From contig JACOVL010000076.1 of assembly GCA_016177355.1 (NCBI GenBank), forward strand, positions 1 to 37,532: DNA of 37,532 bases. Reading direction: 5' to 3'. Below, piece by piece: positions 19,552 to 27,907 of the stretch (its first letter is position 1; each line of letters opens with the position of its first letter). A model generated the notes under the pieces. That model was not told the origin of the DNA. It made no database searches and worked only from the letters and a program-made list of their open reading frames with translations. The DNA is from Betaproteobacteria bacterium (GTDB lineage: Bacteria > Pseudomonadota > Gammaproteobacteria > Burkholderiales > SG8-41). Both the position numbers and the translations under genes were made by a program.

Positions 19552-20556
19552 CTATTTCCCGTTTCCTGAAGTGAAGAATTCCAGCACGCGCCGCGGCAGC
19601 CAGTCGAAGTTGCCGGGAGGGGCGCCGCCGACGAAGCCGACGTGCCCGCCTTCCCCGGGTTGCTCCAGCGTCACCGCGGCGGATACCTCGTCGGCGCGGG
19701 GCAGCGCCGCGGCCGGGAGGAACGGGTCGTTCCTGGCGTTGATGACGAGGGTGGACACGCGGATATTCCTCAGCCCCGGCTTGCTGCTCGCGCGCGTCCA
19801 GTAATCGTCGGTGTCCCGGTAGCCGTGCAGCGGCGCGGTGACGAGATCGTCGAACTCGCGCAGCGTGCGCGACGCGCGCACCGCGCCGGCGTCGTAGAGC
19901 CCGGGGAACCGTTCCAGCTTGGCGAGGCTTTTCACCCTCAGCGTTTTCAGGAAATTGCGCGCATAAACGAGGTTGAAACCCTGGCCGAGCGCATCGCCCG
20001 AGGCCATCAGGTCGAGCGGGGCCGAGACGGCGGCTGCGGCGTCGATCACGCGGACCGCGGCATCGCCGCTTTCTCCCAGCCACTTCAGCAGCGCGTTGCC
20101 GCCGAGCGAAATACCGACCGCGTAGAGCGGCGCGCCGGGATTTTGCGCGCGCAGCCGCCGCAGGATCCAGTCGATCTCCGGCGCGTCGCCCGAGTGGTAG
20201 GCGCGCGGCAGCCGGTTCGGCTCGCCGCCGCATCCCCGGAAGTGCACGACCACGCCGCGCATGCCGCGCCCGCGCAGCGCGGCCATCAAGGCCAGCGCGT
20301 AGTGGCTGCGCGAGCTGCCTTCGAGGCCGTGGAACAGCACCACCAGGGGCGTTTCCTCTTGAACCTTGAACTTTGAACCTTGAACCGGGCTTTCCGCCCA
20401 GTCGACATCAATGAAATCGCCGTCGGGCGTGTCCCAGCGGCTGCGCCGGTAGGCGGCGCCGGGCCGCGGCATCAGCGTCGCCGCGTAGAGGGTCTGCAGG
20501 TGGCCGCCCGGCAGCCAGCGCGGCGCGGCGTATGGCGGGGGATCAGTCAAAACCAT
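19552..20556 (-). CDS. alpha/beta-fold hydrolase, YheT-like
   Basis: PLVVLFHGLEGSS, nucleophile elbow GISLGGN, and DDPF...GGHVGF near the C-terminus. Collinear with E. coli YheT as I remember it. Confidence 0.85.
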   Translation of the reverse strand: MVLTDPPPYAAPRWLPGGHLQTLYAATLMPRPGAAYRRSRWDTPDGDFIDVDWAESPVQGSKFKVQEETPLVVLFHGLEGSSRSHYALALMAALRGRGMRGVVVHFRGCGGEPNRLPRAYHSGDAPEIDWILRRLRAQNPGAPLYAVGISLGGNALLKWLGESGDAAVRVIDAAAAVSAPLDLMASGDALGQGFNLVYARNFLKTLRVKSLAKLERFPGLYDAGAVRASRTLREFDDLVTAPLHGYRDTDDYWTRASSKPGLRNIRVSTLVINARNDPFLPAAALPRADEVSAAVTLEQPGEGGHVGFVGGAPPGNFDWLPRRVLEFFTSGNGK

Positions 20557-20618
20557 AAAGCCGGGCGGGATTGGTGATGAATACCCGCTTGCGCGCGGCT
20601 TCGTCCGGCACCCACTCC

Positions 20619-22127
20619 TTATTTGGTCTTCACGTAACGGGCGGCGCTCGTTCCGGCAAGCTTGCCGAACACCGCGCCGGAGGTGAGCCCCGTGCCCCCC
20701 GGGTAATTGTGGTAGAAAATGCCGCCCACCATCTCGCCCGCGGCGTAGAGGCCGGGGATCGGCTTGCCGGCGGTGTCTTCGACTTCACCCTCCCGGCTGA
20801 TCTTCACGCCGCCGAAGCTGAAGGTGACGCCGCAGGTCACGCCGTAGGCCTCGAACGGCGGCTCGGCCACGGTGTTCGCCCAGTTCGACTTGTTGATCCG
20901 CAGGCCCGTGGTGCAGCGGCCGTCCTTGACCGCCATGTTGAAGGGCACGTCGGTGCGCACCGCCTTGTTGTACTCGAGGATCTCGCGCAGGCAGGCCTCG
21001 GCGTTCACCCCTTCGAGCTTCTTCACCAGCTCCTCCAGCGTGTCGGCGCGCGCCTTGGTCACCTGCTTGATGCGGTACTCGTCGCGCAGCATCGGAATGA
21101 TCTTGGCGTCGAAGATCTGCCACGCGAACATGCCCGGCTGCTCCAGGATCACCCGGCCGTACCTGGCGTAGGTGTAGTTGCGGAAGTCCGCCCCCTCGTC
21201 CACGAAGCGCTCGCCGCGCGCGTTCACCATGATGCCCCACGGGTAGCTGTGCTTCTGGAACTGGTCGCCGACCGCGAGGTCGCCGAAAGGGGGCGCGTTC
21301 ATGTCCCAGCCCACCGCGTGGCATCCCGACCAGTGGCCGTAGGACATGGCGCCCGCATCGAGCGCCATCTGGATGCCGAGCCCGGTGTTGTAGCGGGTGC
21401 CGCGTACCTTGGCGAGGTCCCATCCCGGGCCGAGGTAGCGCGTGCGCATCTCGGCGTTGGACTCGAATCCCCCGCACGCCAGCACCACCGCCCTGGAGCG
21501 GATCTCGACGTTCCTCCCCCCGTGCTTCGCCCGCACGCCGAGCACGACGCCGTCGTCGCCGGTCATCAGGCTGATGGCCGGCGTTTCGTAGAAGATCCTG
21601 ATGCCTTCCCGTTCGCAGGCCTTGTGCTCGTTCTCGATCAATCCCGGCCCGCCGCCCCAGGTTTCGGCCGCGAGCCCGCCCCAGAACTTGTAGCGCTTGC
21701 CGCCGTCGACCTTGTACGACTGGCGCCCGTAGCTCGCCTGGAACCTGACGCCTTTCTTGCGCAGCCACACCAGCGTCTCGAAGCTGCGCGTGATCAGGAT
21801 CTCGCACAATTCGGGGTCGGTCCGGTACTGCGTGATGCGGCCCATGTCGTCGTAATAATGCTCGGCGGTGTAGGCGCCGTAGTCATGGGTCTTCTTCTCC
21901 GCCTCGGTCAGATCGGGAATAAGCTGCGCGAGGTCGTCCACGCCGTTGTAAACCACCCGCATCAGGCCCGCGGTGTAGCGGCTGTTGCCCCCGCAATCCG
22001 CTATCGGCGCGGCCTCCAGGAGGATGACGGACGCGCCGCCCTCGCGCGCGGCGAGCGCCGCGCTGCAGGCGGCGTTGCCGGCGCCGACGACGATCACATC
22101 GGGCTTGCTAAAATCGGTGGTGCTCAT
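20619..22127 (-). CDS. FAD-binding dehydrogenase, tricarballylate dehydrogenase (TcuA)-like / fumarate reductase flavoprotein-like
   Basis: ATG at 22127 gives MSTTDFSKPDVIVVGAGNAACSAALAAREGG (dinucleotide-binding fold), plus a C-terminal GLYAAGEMVGG motif. The Pro/Ala-rich extension upstream to 22217 overlaps the preceding gene and is rejected. Confidence 0.82.
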   Translation of the reverse strand: MSTTDFSKPDVIVVGAGNAACSAALAAREGGASVILLEAAPIADCGGNSRYTAGLMRVVYNGVDDLAQLIPDLTEAEKKTHDYGAYTAEHYYDDMGRITQYRTDPELCEILITRSFETLVWLRKKGVRFQASYGRQSYKVDGGKRYKFWGGLAAETWGGGPGLIENEHKACEREGIRIFYETPAISLMTGDDGVVLGVRAKHGGRNVEIRSRAVVLACGGFESNAEMRTRYLGPGWDLAKVRGTRYNTGLGIQMALDAGAMSYGHWSGCHAVGWDMNAPPFGDLAVGDQFQKHSYPWGIMVNARGERFVDEGADFRNYTYARYGRVILEQPGMFAWQIFDAKIIPMLRDEYRIKQVTKARADTLEELVKKLEGVNAEACLREILEYNKAVRTDVPFNMAVKDGRCTTGLRINKSNWANTVAEPPFEAYGVTCGVTFSFGGVKISREGEVEDTAGKPIPGLYAAGEMVGGIFYHNYPGGTGLTSGAVFGKLAGTSAARYVKTK

Positions 22128-22137
22128 CGCTTTCCTT

Positions 22138-22593
22138 TCAGTGCAGCGTCTTCGCTCCGCGCAGCGGCTCGGGATCGCCGCCGCCGGAAGCGCTGCCGGC
22201 GGGGGCGGGGGAGGCATGATGCGCGACCATGCGCCACCCGCGTTCGGTACGCTGGTAGACGTTGGTGGCGATCACCGGGTTCGCCGGACGCTGCTCGCCG
22301 GCGACCGTGATGTATTCGTAGGCGCTGTGCACGGCAAGCATCATGCCCTGCACGCTCTGCTGATCGCGCAACTGGAACCGCAGCGTCTGTCCGGCAGCGA
22401 AGATCCGCCGCCAGGACTCGCGCACTTTCTCGACGCCGCTGACGCGCGGCGCGCCGGGATGCACGCAGTAAATGTCGTCGTCGTCGGCCCAGACCGACAT
22501 CATGGCATCCAGGTCGCACTTGGTGAAAGCCTCGTAGAACGCGGCTTCGGCGTCCTGTGGGCTGGAAAACAGCGCTTTTTTCACGCCGGGCAT
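22138..22593 (-). CDS. SnoaL-like / NTF2-fold (DUF4440-like) protein
   Basis: 151 aa. AFYEAFTKCDLDAMMSVWADDDDIYCVHPG is the typical N-terminus of NTF2-like small proteins. Lies 10 nt upstream of the FAD dehydrogenase. Confidence 0.65.
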   Translation of the reverse strand: MPGVKKALFSSPQDAEAAFYEAFTKCDLDAMMSVWADDDDIYCVHPGAPRVSGVEKVRESWRRIFAAGQTLRFQLRDQQSVQGMMLAVHSAYEYITVAGEQRPANPVIATNVYQRTERGWRMVAHHASPAPAGSASGGGDPEPLRGAKTLH

Positions 22594-22619
22594 GATGGCG
22601 GGACGGTCTACTGGCGCGG

Positions 22620-23633
22620 TCAGGCGATTCTAGCAGATCGCACCGCCGCGGAAACGCGCTCGGGCGTGAGCTGCATCATGCAGTTGAAATGGCCGAGCGG
22701 GCACACCCGCCTGAAGCACGGGCTGCACGGCAGGTCGAGCTTCAGTATGATGGCGGCCGGCGACAGCGGCGGGGTAAACGCGGGGCTCGACGAGCCGTAG
22801 AGCGCGATCACGGGCTTGCCGAGCGCGGCGGCGACGTGCATCAGCCCGGAATCGTTGCTCACCACGAGCCGCGCCGAGGCCAGCACGTCCATGGCTTCGC
22901 CGAGGGTGGTTGCGCCGCACAGGTTGCGGCAGGCGCCGCCGCTCGCGCCCTCGATCTCCGCGCCGATGGCGGCGTCGTTGGGCGAGCCGACCAGCCACGC
23001 TTCCCACCCTTCGGCGGCGAGCTCGCGCGCGAGCCGCGCGAAATAGGCCGCGGGCCAGCGCTTGGCGGGGCCGTATTCCGCCCCCGGGCACAGCACGATG
23101 ACCGGGCGCGGGGACTCGAGACCGAGCTTCATCAGCGTCGCGCGGCGCGCAGCTTCGTTCGCCCGCAGCGCGGGAACGGGCAGGGGCAGGGGCGGCGCCG
23201 CGCCGGGGGGGTGCGCGAGCGCGGCGAAGCGCTCGGCCATCCGCGGCAGGCGCGCCGGATCCAGCCGCCGCGCGTCATTCAGCAGTCCCCAGCGCAGCTC
23301 GCCCACGTAGCCGGTGCGCCGCGGGATGCCGGCGAAAAACGGAACGAGCGCGGACTTGAAGGTATTGGGCAGCACGATGGCCTGGTCGTAGCCCTCGCGC
23401 GCCAGTTCGCGGCCCAGGCGCCGCCGCTCGGAGAGCTTGAGATCGCCGTGGATGAAAGGGCTGGCGATCGCCCGCCGCACTTCCGGCATGCGCTCGAACA
23501 GCGGCAACGTCCATGGCGGCGCGAGCACGTCGAGCGCCGGGCCGGCGTGGCGCGCGTGCAGGAGCTTCAGCAGCGGCTGCGCGAGCACCGCATCGCCGAC
23601 CCACGAAGGACCCACAACCAGGATGCGCTGCAT
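22620..23633 (-). CDS. waaF: ADP-heptose--LPS heptosyltransferase II
   Basis: MQRILVVGPSWVGDAVLAQPL, SNDSGLMHVAAALGKPVIALYGSS, and a length of 337 aa. Confidence 0.9.
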   Translation of the reverse strand: MQRILVVGPSWVGDAVLAQPLLKLLHARHAGPALDVLAPPWTLPLFERMPEVRRAIASPFIHGDLKLSERRRLGRELAREGYDQAIVLPNTFKSALVPFFAGIPRRTGYVGELRWGLLNDARRLDPARLPRMAERFAALAHPPGAAPPLPLPVPALRANEAARRATLMKLGLESPRPVIVLCPGAEYGPAKRWPAAYFARLARELAAEGWEAWLVGSPNDAAIGAEIEGASGGACRNLCGATTLGEAMDVLASARLVVSNDSGLMHVAAALGKPVIALYGSSSPAFTPPLSPAAIILKLDLPCSPCFRRVCPLGHFNCMMQLTPERVSAAVRSARIA

Positions 23634-23652
23634 GTGTTGTGAGTCCTTCTGT

Positions 23653-23756
23653 AGGGATGAGGGATGAGGGATGAAGGATGAGGGAAAAACCTGAACTGGC
23701 TTCGTTCCTGTTGGCTGGTCTCCTCCGCCCTCATCCCTCCGCCCTCATCCCTCGGG
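23653..23756. repeat. inverted pair of tandem heptamer arrays of the GGGATGA family
   Basis: Left: agggatg x3, aaggatg, aggga (23653-23687). Right: cctccgc/cctcatc/cctccgc/cctcatc/cctcggg (23722-23756), whose reverse complement is agggatg/agggcgg alternating. Same unit family as 14041-14075. Confidence 0.9.
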
Positions 23757-23766
23757 CGAAGGACAC

Positions 23767-23970
23767 TTAGTGTCCGGAGCCCTTGGCCCCGCCCTTGAGG
23801 GTATAGCGCGTGCCGCAGTAGGGGCAGAGCGCCTCGCCGGTCTTCTCGATCGGCAGGAACACGCGCGGATGGGCGTTCCACAGCATCATGGACGGCATCG
23901 GGCAGTGCAGCGGCAGGTCCGCGGCGGCGACCTCGATGTGGCGCCGCGTGTTGACGGTTTTCCCGCTCAT
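23767..23970 (-). CDS. small zinc-finger domain protein
   Basis: 67 aa from ATG 23970: MSGKTVNTRRHIEV...LHCP...CPYCGTRYTL. The motifs HCP and CPYC suggest a zinc knuckle. The position between ilvE and waaF is one I recall from betaproteobacteria. Confidence 0.7.
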   Translation of the reverse strand: MSGKTVNTRRHIEVAAADLPLHCPMPSMMLWNAHPRVFLPIEKTGEALCPYCGTRYTLKGGAKGSGH

Positions 23971-23978
23971 CGGACCCT

Positions 23979-24908
23979 TCAGCCTGCGACCGGGGTGACC
24001 CAGTCGCGGTGCCTGTCCGATTTTCCGGTCACGCAGTCGAAGAAGGCCTGTTGCAGCTTCTCGGTGACCGGCCCGCGCCTGCCGCCGCCGATCGTGCGGT
24101 TGTCGAGCTCCCGGATCGGCGTCACTTCCGCCGCGGTCCCGGTAAAAAACGCTTCGTCCGCGCAATAGACTTCGTCGCGCGTGATGCGCTTGGCGACGAC
24201 CGGCAGGCTGAAATCCCGCGCGATGCGGATCACCGCGTCGCGCGTGATGCCTTCGAGCGCCGAAGTGAGCTCCGGCTCAAAGAGCGTGCCGTCGCGCACG
24301 ATGAAGATGTTCTCGCCCGAGCCCTCGGCGACGAAGCCGTCCACGTCGAGCAGCAGCGCCTCGTCGTAGCCGTCCTGCGTCACCTCCTGGTGCGCGAGGA
24401 TGGAATTCATGTAGGTGCCGACCGATTTCGCCCGGCACATGGTGACGTTGACGTGATGGCGGACGTACGATGAAGTCTTGACGCGGATGCCGCGCTCGAG
24501 CGCCTCCGCGCCCAGGTAAGCGCCCCACGGCCAGGCGGCGACTGCGACGTGCACGCTGACGTTTTTGGCCGAGATGCCGAGCGCTTCGGAGCCGTAGAAG
24601 GCGATGGGACGGATGTAGCACGCTTCCAGCCGGTTGGCGCGCACGACTTCCTTCTGCGCCTCGATCAGCGTCGCCTTGTCGTAGGGGATCTTCATGCCGT
24701 TGATGTGCGCGGAGCGGAACAGGCGGTCGGTGTGCTCGATCAGCCGGAAGATCGCGGTGCCGTTCGTGGTCTTGTAGGCGCGCACCCCTTCGAACACGCC
24801 CATGCCGTAGTGCAGCGTATGGGTGAGCACGTGGGTAGTGGCACTGCGCCAAGGCACGAGCTTGCCGTCGTACCAGATATGCCCGTCGCGGTCGGCCAGA
24901 GACGGCAT
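23979..24908 (-). CDS. ilvE: branched-chain-amino-acid aminotransferase
   Basis: 309 aa. IWYDGKLVPW, HYGMGVFEGVRAY, EALLLD and GENIFIV are class IV aminotransferase motifs. Confidence 0.95.
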   Translation of the reverse strand: MPSLADRDGHIWYDGKLVPWRSATTHVLTHTLHYGMGVFEGVRAYKTTNGTAIFRLIEHTDRLFRSAHINGMKIPYDKATLIEAQKEVVRANRLEACYIRPIAFYGSEALGISAKNVSVHVAVAAWPWGAYLGAEALERGIRVKTSSYVRHHVNVTMCRAKSVGTYMNSILAHQEVTQDGYDEALLLDVDGFVAEGSGENIFIVRDGTLFEPELTSALEGITRDAVIRIARDFSLPVVAKRITRDEVYCADEAFFTGTAAEVTPIRELDNRTIGGGRRGPVTEKLQQAFFDCVTGKSDRHRDWVTPVAG

Positions 24909-25046
24909 CTGCGAACCCCATTGAATAAAACGGGTATTTTAGCGCAAGTGGTGGAAAACCCGGCGGCCACTGAGTAGAATGCTGTATCCGTCCGCCAACG
25001 CCAAAAGCCGGGCTTCGCCCCGGTCGCGGCACCCCAGGGAGAATTC

Positions 25047-26357
25047 ATGGCGCGCGATCTGCGCACATGGCTGAATGAGCTAGGCCAACGCGTCATCACC
25101 GAGCAGGACAGCGAGCAGGAGAAGCTCAACAAGACGCTCGTCATCTTCGCCTGCGGCCTGATGGGGTTCGGCGCGATGGTGTGGCTCGCCATCTACCAGG
25201 CGATGGGCATCAGGTTCTCCGCCACGGTGCCGCTCGTCTACCTCGCGATCTCGGCCAGCTCGCTCGCGCACTACCTGTGGAAGCGCAACTTCGCGCTGTT
25301 CCGCACCACCCAGGTCGCCCTGTTCCTGTTCGTGCCGTTCATCATGCAGTGGAGCATCGGCAGCTACGTCAGCTCCTCGGGCGTGATGCTGTGGGCGCTG
25401 CTCGCGCCGGTGGGGGTGATGGTGTTCCAGGGCCCGCGCCAATCGCTGCCGTGGTTCATGGCGTACCTCATGATGACCGGACTCTCGGGTTTCTTCGATT
25501 ACTACCTCGGCGAAGGCACGCAGCAGGGCGTGAACATGCAGACGATCGCGGTGTTCTTCGTGCTCAATTTCGCCGCGATGTCCACCATCGTCTATCTGCT
25601 CATCAGTAATTTTGTCCGCCAGCGCGACAAGCTGCAGGAGCGCCTGGACGCGCAGAACAAGCTGCTCAGGGAAGAGCAGGCGAAGTCGGAACGGCTGCTG
25701 CTCAACATCCTGCCGGGCCCGATTGCCGAGCGTCTCAAGCAGAACCATGCCACCATCGCCGACGGCTTCGCCGACGTCACCGTGATGTTCGCCGACATCA
25801 TCGATTTCACGCGGCTGTCGGAGGAGATGCCGCCCAAGTTCATGGTGACGCTGCTCAACGAGATTTTCTCGCACTTCGACCAGCTCGCCGGGAAGCACGG
25901 GATGGAAAAAATCAAGACCATCGGCGACGCCTACATGGTGGCGGGCGGATTGATCGAACATTGCGGTGTCGACATCCCGGTGGACGGCAGGGATTACAGC
26001 GCCGCCATGGTGGACCTGGCGCTGGAAATGCGCGAATACATGGATACGTTGTCCGGCGTGAAGAAGTCGCGGTTGCAGATCCATATCGGCATCGGCACCG
26101 GGCCGGTGGTGGCCGGCGTGATCGGGATAAAGAAGTTCATCTACGACCTGTGGGGCGACACCGTCAACATCGCGAGCCGGGTCACCGCCGAGGCGGGCGC
26201 CGGCACGATCCTGGTGGACGTCATGACCTACAGGCGTTTGCGCAACAAGTACGAGTTCGAGGGGCCCCGGACCCTCAGCGTCAAAGGCAAGGGCGATATC
26301 ACCGCCTACCGCCTGGTCGGCCGCAGGCCCGAAGGCGTCGCGCCCGCCAGCGCATGA
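25047..26357 (+). CDS. membrane-anchored class III adenylate cyclase
   Basis: About 190 aa with roughly 6 TM segments, then a coiled linker, LLLNILPGPIAERLK and VTVMFADIIDFT...KIKTIGDAYMVAGGL...YDLWGDTVNIASR. The Lys (KTIGD) and Asp (YDLWG) specificity pair points to ATP. Confidence 0.85.
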   Translation: MARDLRTWLNELGQRVITEQDSEQEKLNKTLVIFACGLMGFGAMVWLAIYQAMGIRFSATVPLVYLAISASSLAHYLWKRNFALFRTTQVALFLFVPFIMQWSIGSYVSSSGVMLWALLAPVGVMVFQGPRQSLPWFMAYLMMTGLSGFFDYYLGEGTQQGVNMQTIAVFFVLNFAAMSTIVYLLISNFVRQRDKLQERLDAQNKLLREEQAKSERLLLNILPGPIAERLKQNHATIADGFADVTVMFADIIDFTRLSEEMPPKFMVTLLNEIFSHFDQLAGKHGMEKIKTIGDAYMVAGGLIEHCGVDIPVDGRDYSAAMVDLALEMREYMDTLSGVKKSRLQIHIGIGTGPVVAGVIGIKKFIYDLWGDTVNIASRVTAEAGAGTILVDVMTYRRLRNKYEFEGPRTLSVKGKGDITAYRLVGRRPEGVAPASA

Positions 26358-26400
26358 AGCTGAATTTGGACGACCAACCCGGCAGGAAAGGAGGGTAACC

Positions 26401-27894
26401 ATGTCATCGCAGCAGCGACTTCCGTTGGTCCAGGTTGAACCGGGGTCTTATCGCGTGCAGCGCCCGGCCAGCGGCGACGAGGTGATGGAGCTGGCAAAGA
26501 AGAACGACATCCAGATTGTTGATCTCAGGTTCATCGACGTGCCGGGATTGTGGCAGCACTTCTCGATCGGCTTGCCCGAGCTCAAGAAGGACCTGTTCGA
26601 GGAGGGCATCGGTTTTGATGGCTCCTCGATTCGCGGCTTCCAGGAGATCCACGAGTCCGACATGCTGCTCAAGCCGGATCCGACGACCGCCTTTAGGGAT
26701 CCGATGTGCGAGGTGCCGACGCTGGTGATGATCTGCGACGTGGCCGATCCGGTGCTCCGGCGGCCTTATTCACGCGATCCGCGATACATCGCGAAGAAGG
26801 CGGAAGCGTACCTCAGGCAGACCGGCATCGCGGATACCTGCTACTTCGGTCCGGAGCTCGAGTTCTTCATTTTCGACTCGATACGGTTCGAGCAGAACCA
26901 GCACTGCGGCTACTACTATGTCGAGTCCGCCGAGGGCGAATGGAACTCCGGCCGGGATGAGGGCGCGTTCGGCGGCGGCAACCTCGGCTACAAGCCGCGC
27001 TACAAGGAAGGCTACTTTCCGGTGCCCCCGCACGACACCCTGCAGGACATCCGCTCGCAGATCATGCTGGCGCTGATGGATGCCGGCATTCAGGTCGAGG
27101 TGCATCATCACGAGGTCGCGACCGCCGGCCAGAACGAAATCGACATGCGCTTCGCCCCGCTCACGCGCATGGCGGACAACGTCATGCTGTACAAGTACTT
27201 CTGCAAGAACATCGCGCGCAGGCACGGCAAGGTCGCGACTTTCATGCCGAAGCCGATCTTCGCCGACAACGCGAGCGGCATGCACTGCCATCAGAGCTTG
27301 TGGAAGAGCGACAAGAACCTGTTCTTCGATGCGCAGGGCTATGCGCTGACGTCCCAGATGTGCCGCTGGTACATCGGCGGGCTGCTCAGGCACGCGCCGG
27401 CGTTGATGGCGTTCTGCGCGCCCACCACCAACTCCTACAAGCGGCTGGTGCCCGGATATGAAGCGCCGGTGAACCTGGCGATGTCCCAGCGCAACCGGTC
27501 GGCGGCGGCGCGTATCCCGATGTATTCGGATTCGCCCGGCGCGAAGCGGGTGGAGTTCCGCTGTCCCGATCCTTCGGCCAACGCGTACCTCGCATTCGCC
27601 GCGATGTTGATGGCGGGGCTGGACGGCGTACAGAACAAGACCGACCCCGGCAAGCCGCTCGACAAGAACATCTATGATCTGCCGCCGGAAGAGGCCAAGG
27701 GTATCGCCCAGGTGCCGGGCTCGCTGGAAGAATCGCTGCGGGCGCTGGAGAACGATCACGAGTTCCTCAAGCGTGGCGGCGTATTCACCGACGACCTGAT
27801 CCAGACCTACCTCGAGTACAAGTGGAAGAAGGAAGTGGACCCGGTGCGGCTGCGCCCGCATCCGTGGGAGTTTTACCTCTATTTCGACATCTGA
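26401..27894 (+). CDS. glnA: glutamine synthetase, type I
   Basis: AAGGAGG lies 6 nt upstream of ATG 26401. GPELEFF, HHHEVATAGQNE, NASGMHCHQS and the adenylylation-site context KNIYDLPPEE are present. Confidence 0.96.
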   Translation: MSSQQRLPLVQVEPGSYRVQRPASGDEVMELAKKNDIQIVDLRFIDVPGLWQHFSIGLPELKKDLFEEGIGFDGSSIRGFQEIHESDMLLKPDPTTAFRDPMCEVPTLVMICDVADPVLRRPYSRDPRYIAKKAEAYLRQTGIADTCYFGPELEFFIFDSIRFEQNQHCGYYYVESAEGEWNSGRDEGAFGGGNLGYKPRYKEGYFPVPPHDTLQDIRSQIMLALMDAGIQVEVHHHEVATAGQNEIDMRFAPLTRMADNVMLYKYFCKNIARRHGKVATFMPKPIFADNASGMHCHQSLWKSDKNLFFDAQGYALTSQMCRWYIGGLLRHAPALMAFCAPTTNSYKRLVPGYEAPVNLAMSQRNRSAAARIPMYSDSPGAKRVEFRCPDPSANAYLAFAAMLMAGLDGVQNKTDPGKPLDKNIYDLPPEEAKGIAQVPGSLEESLRALENDHEFLKRGGVFTDDLIQTYLEYKWKKEVDPVRLRPHPWEFYLYFDI

Positions 27895-27907
27895 AACCCG
27901 CCACTCG

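Noticed and set aside
20557-20612. Possible intrinsic terminator after the FAD dehydrogenase gene (GCGGG...CCCGC followed by TTTATGGTTTT on the minus strand).
   Set aside because: The core stem is only 5 bp with a 14-nt loop and an asymmetric outer stem, and it overlaps the ribosome-binding region of the next gene. Too weak to call.
26300-26400. Sigma-54 (TGGCAC-N5-TTGCW) promoter for glnA.
   Set aside because: No acceptable match by eye in the 43-nt spacer or the last 60 nt of the cyclase gene.
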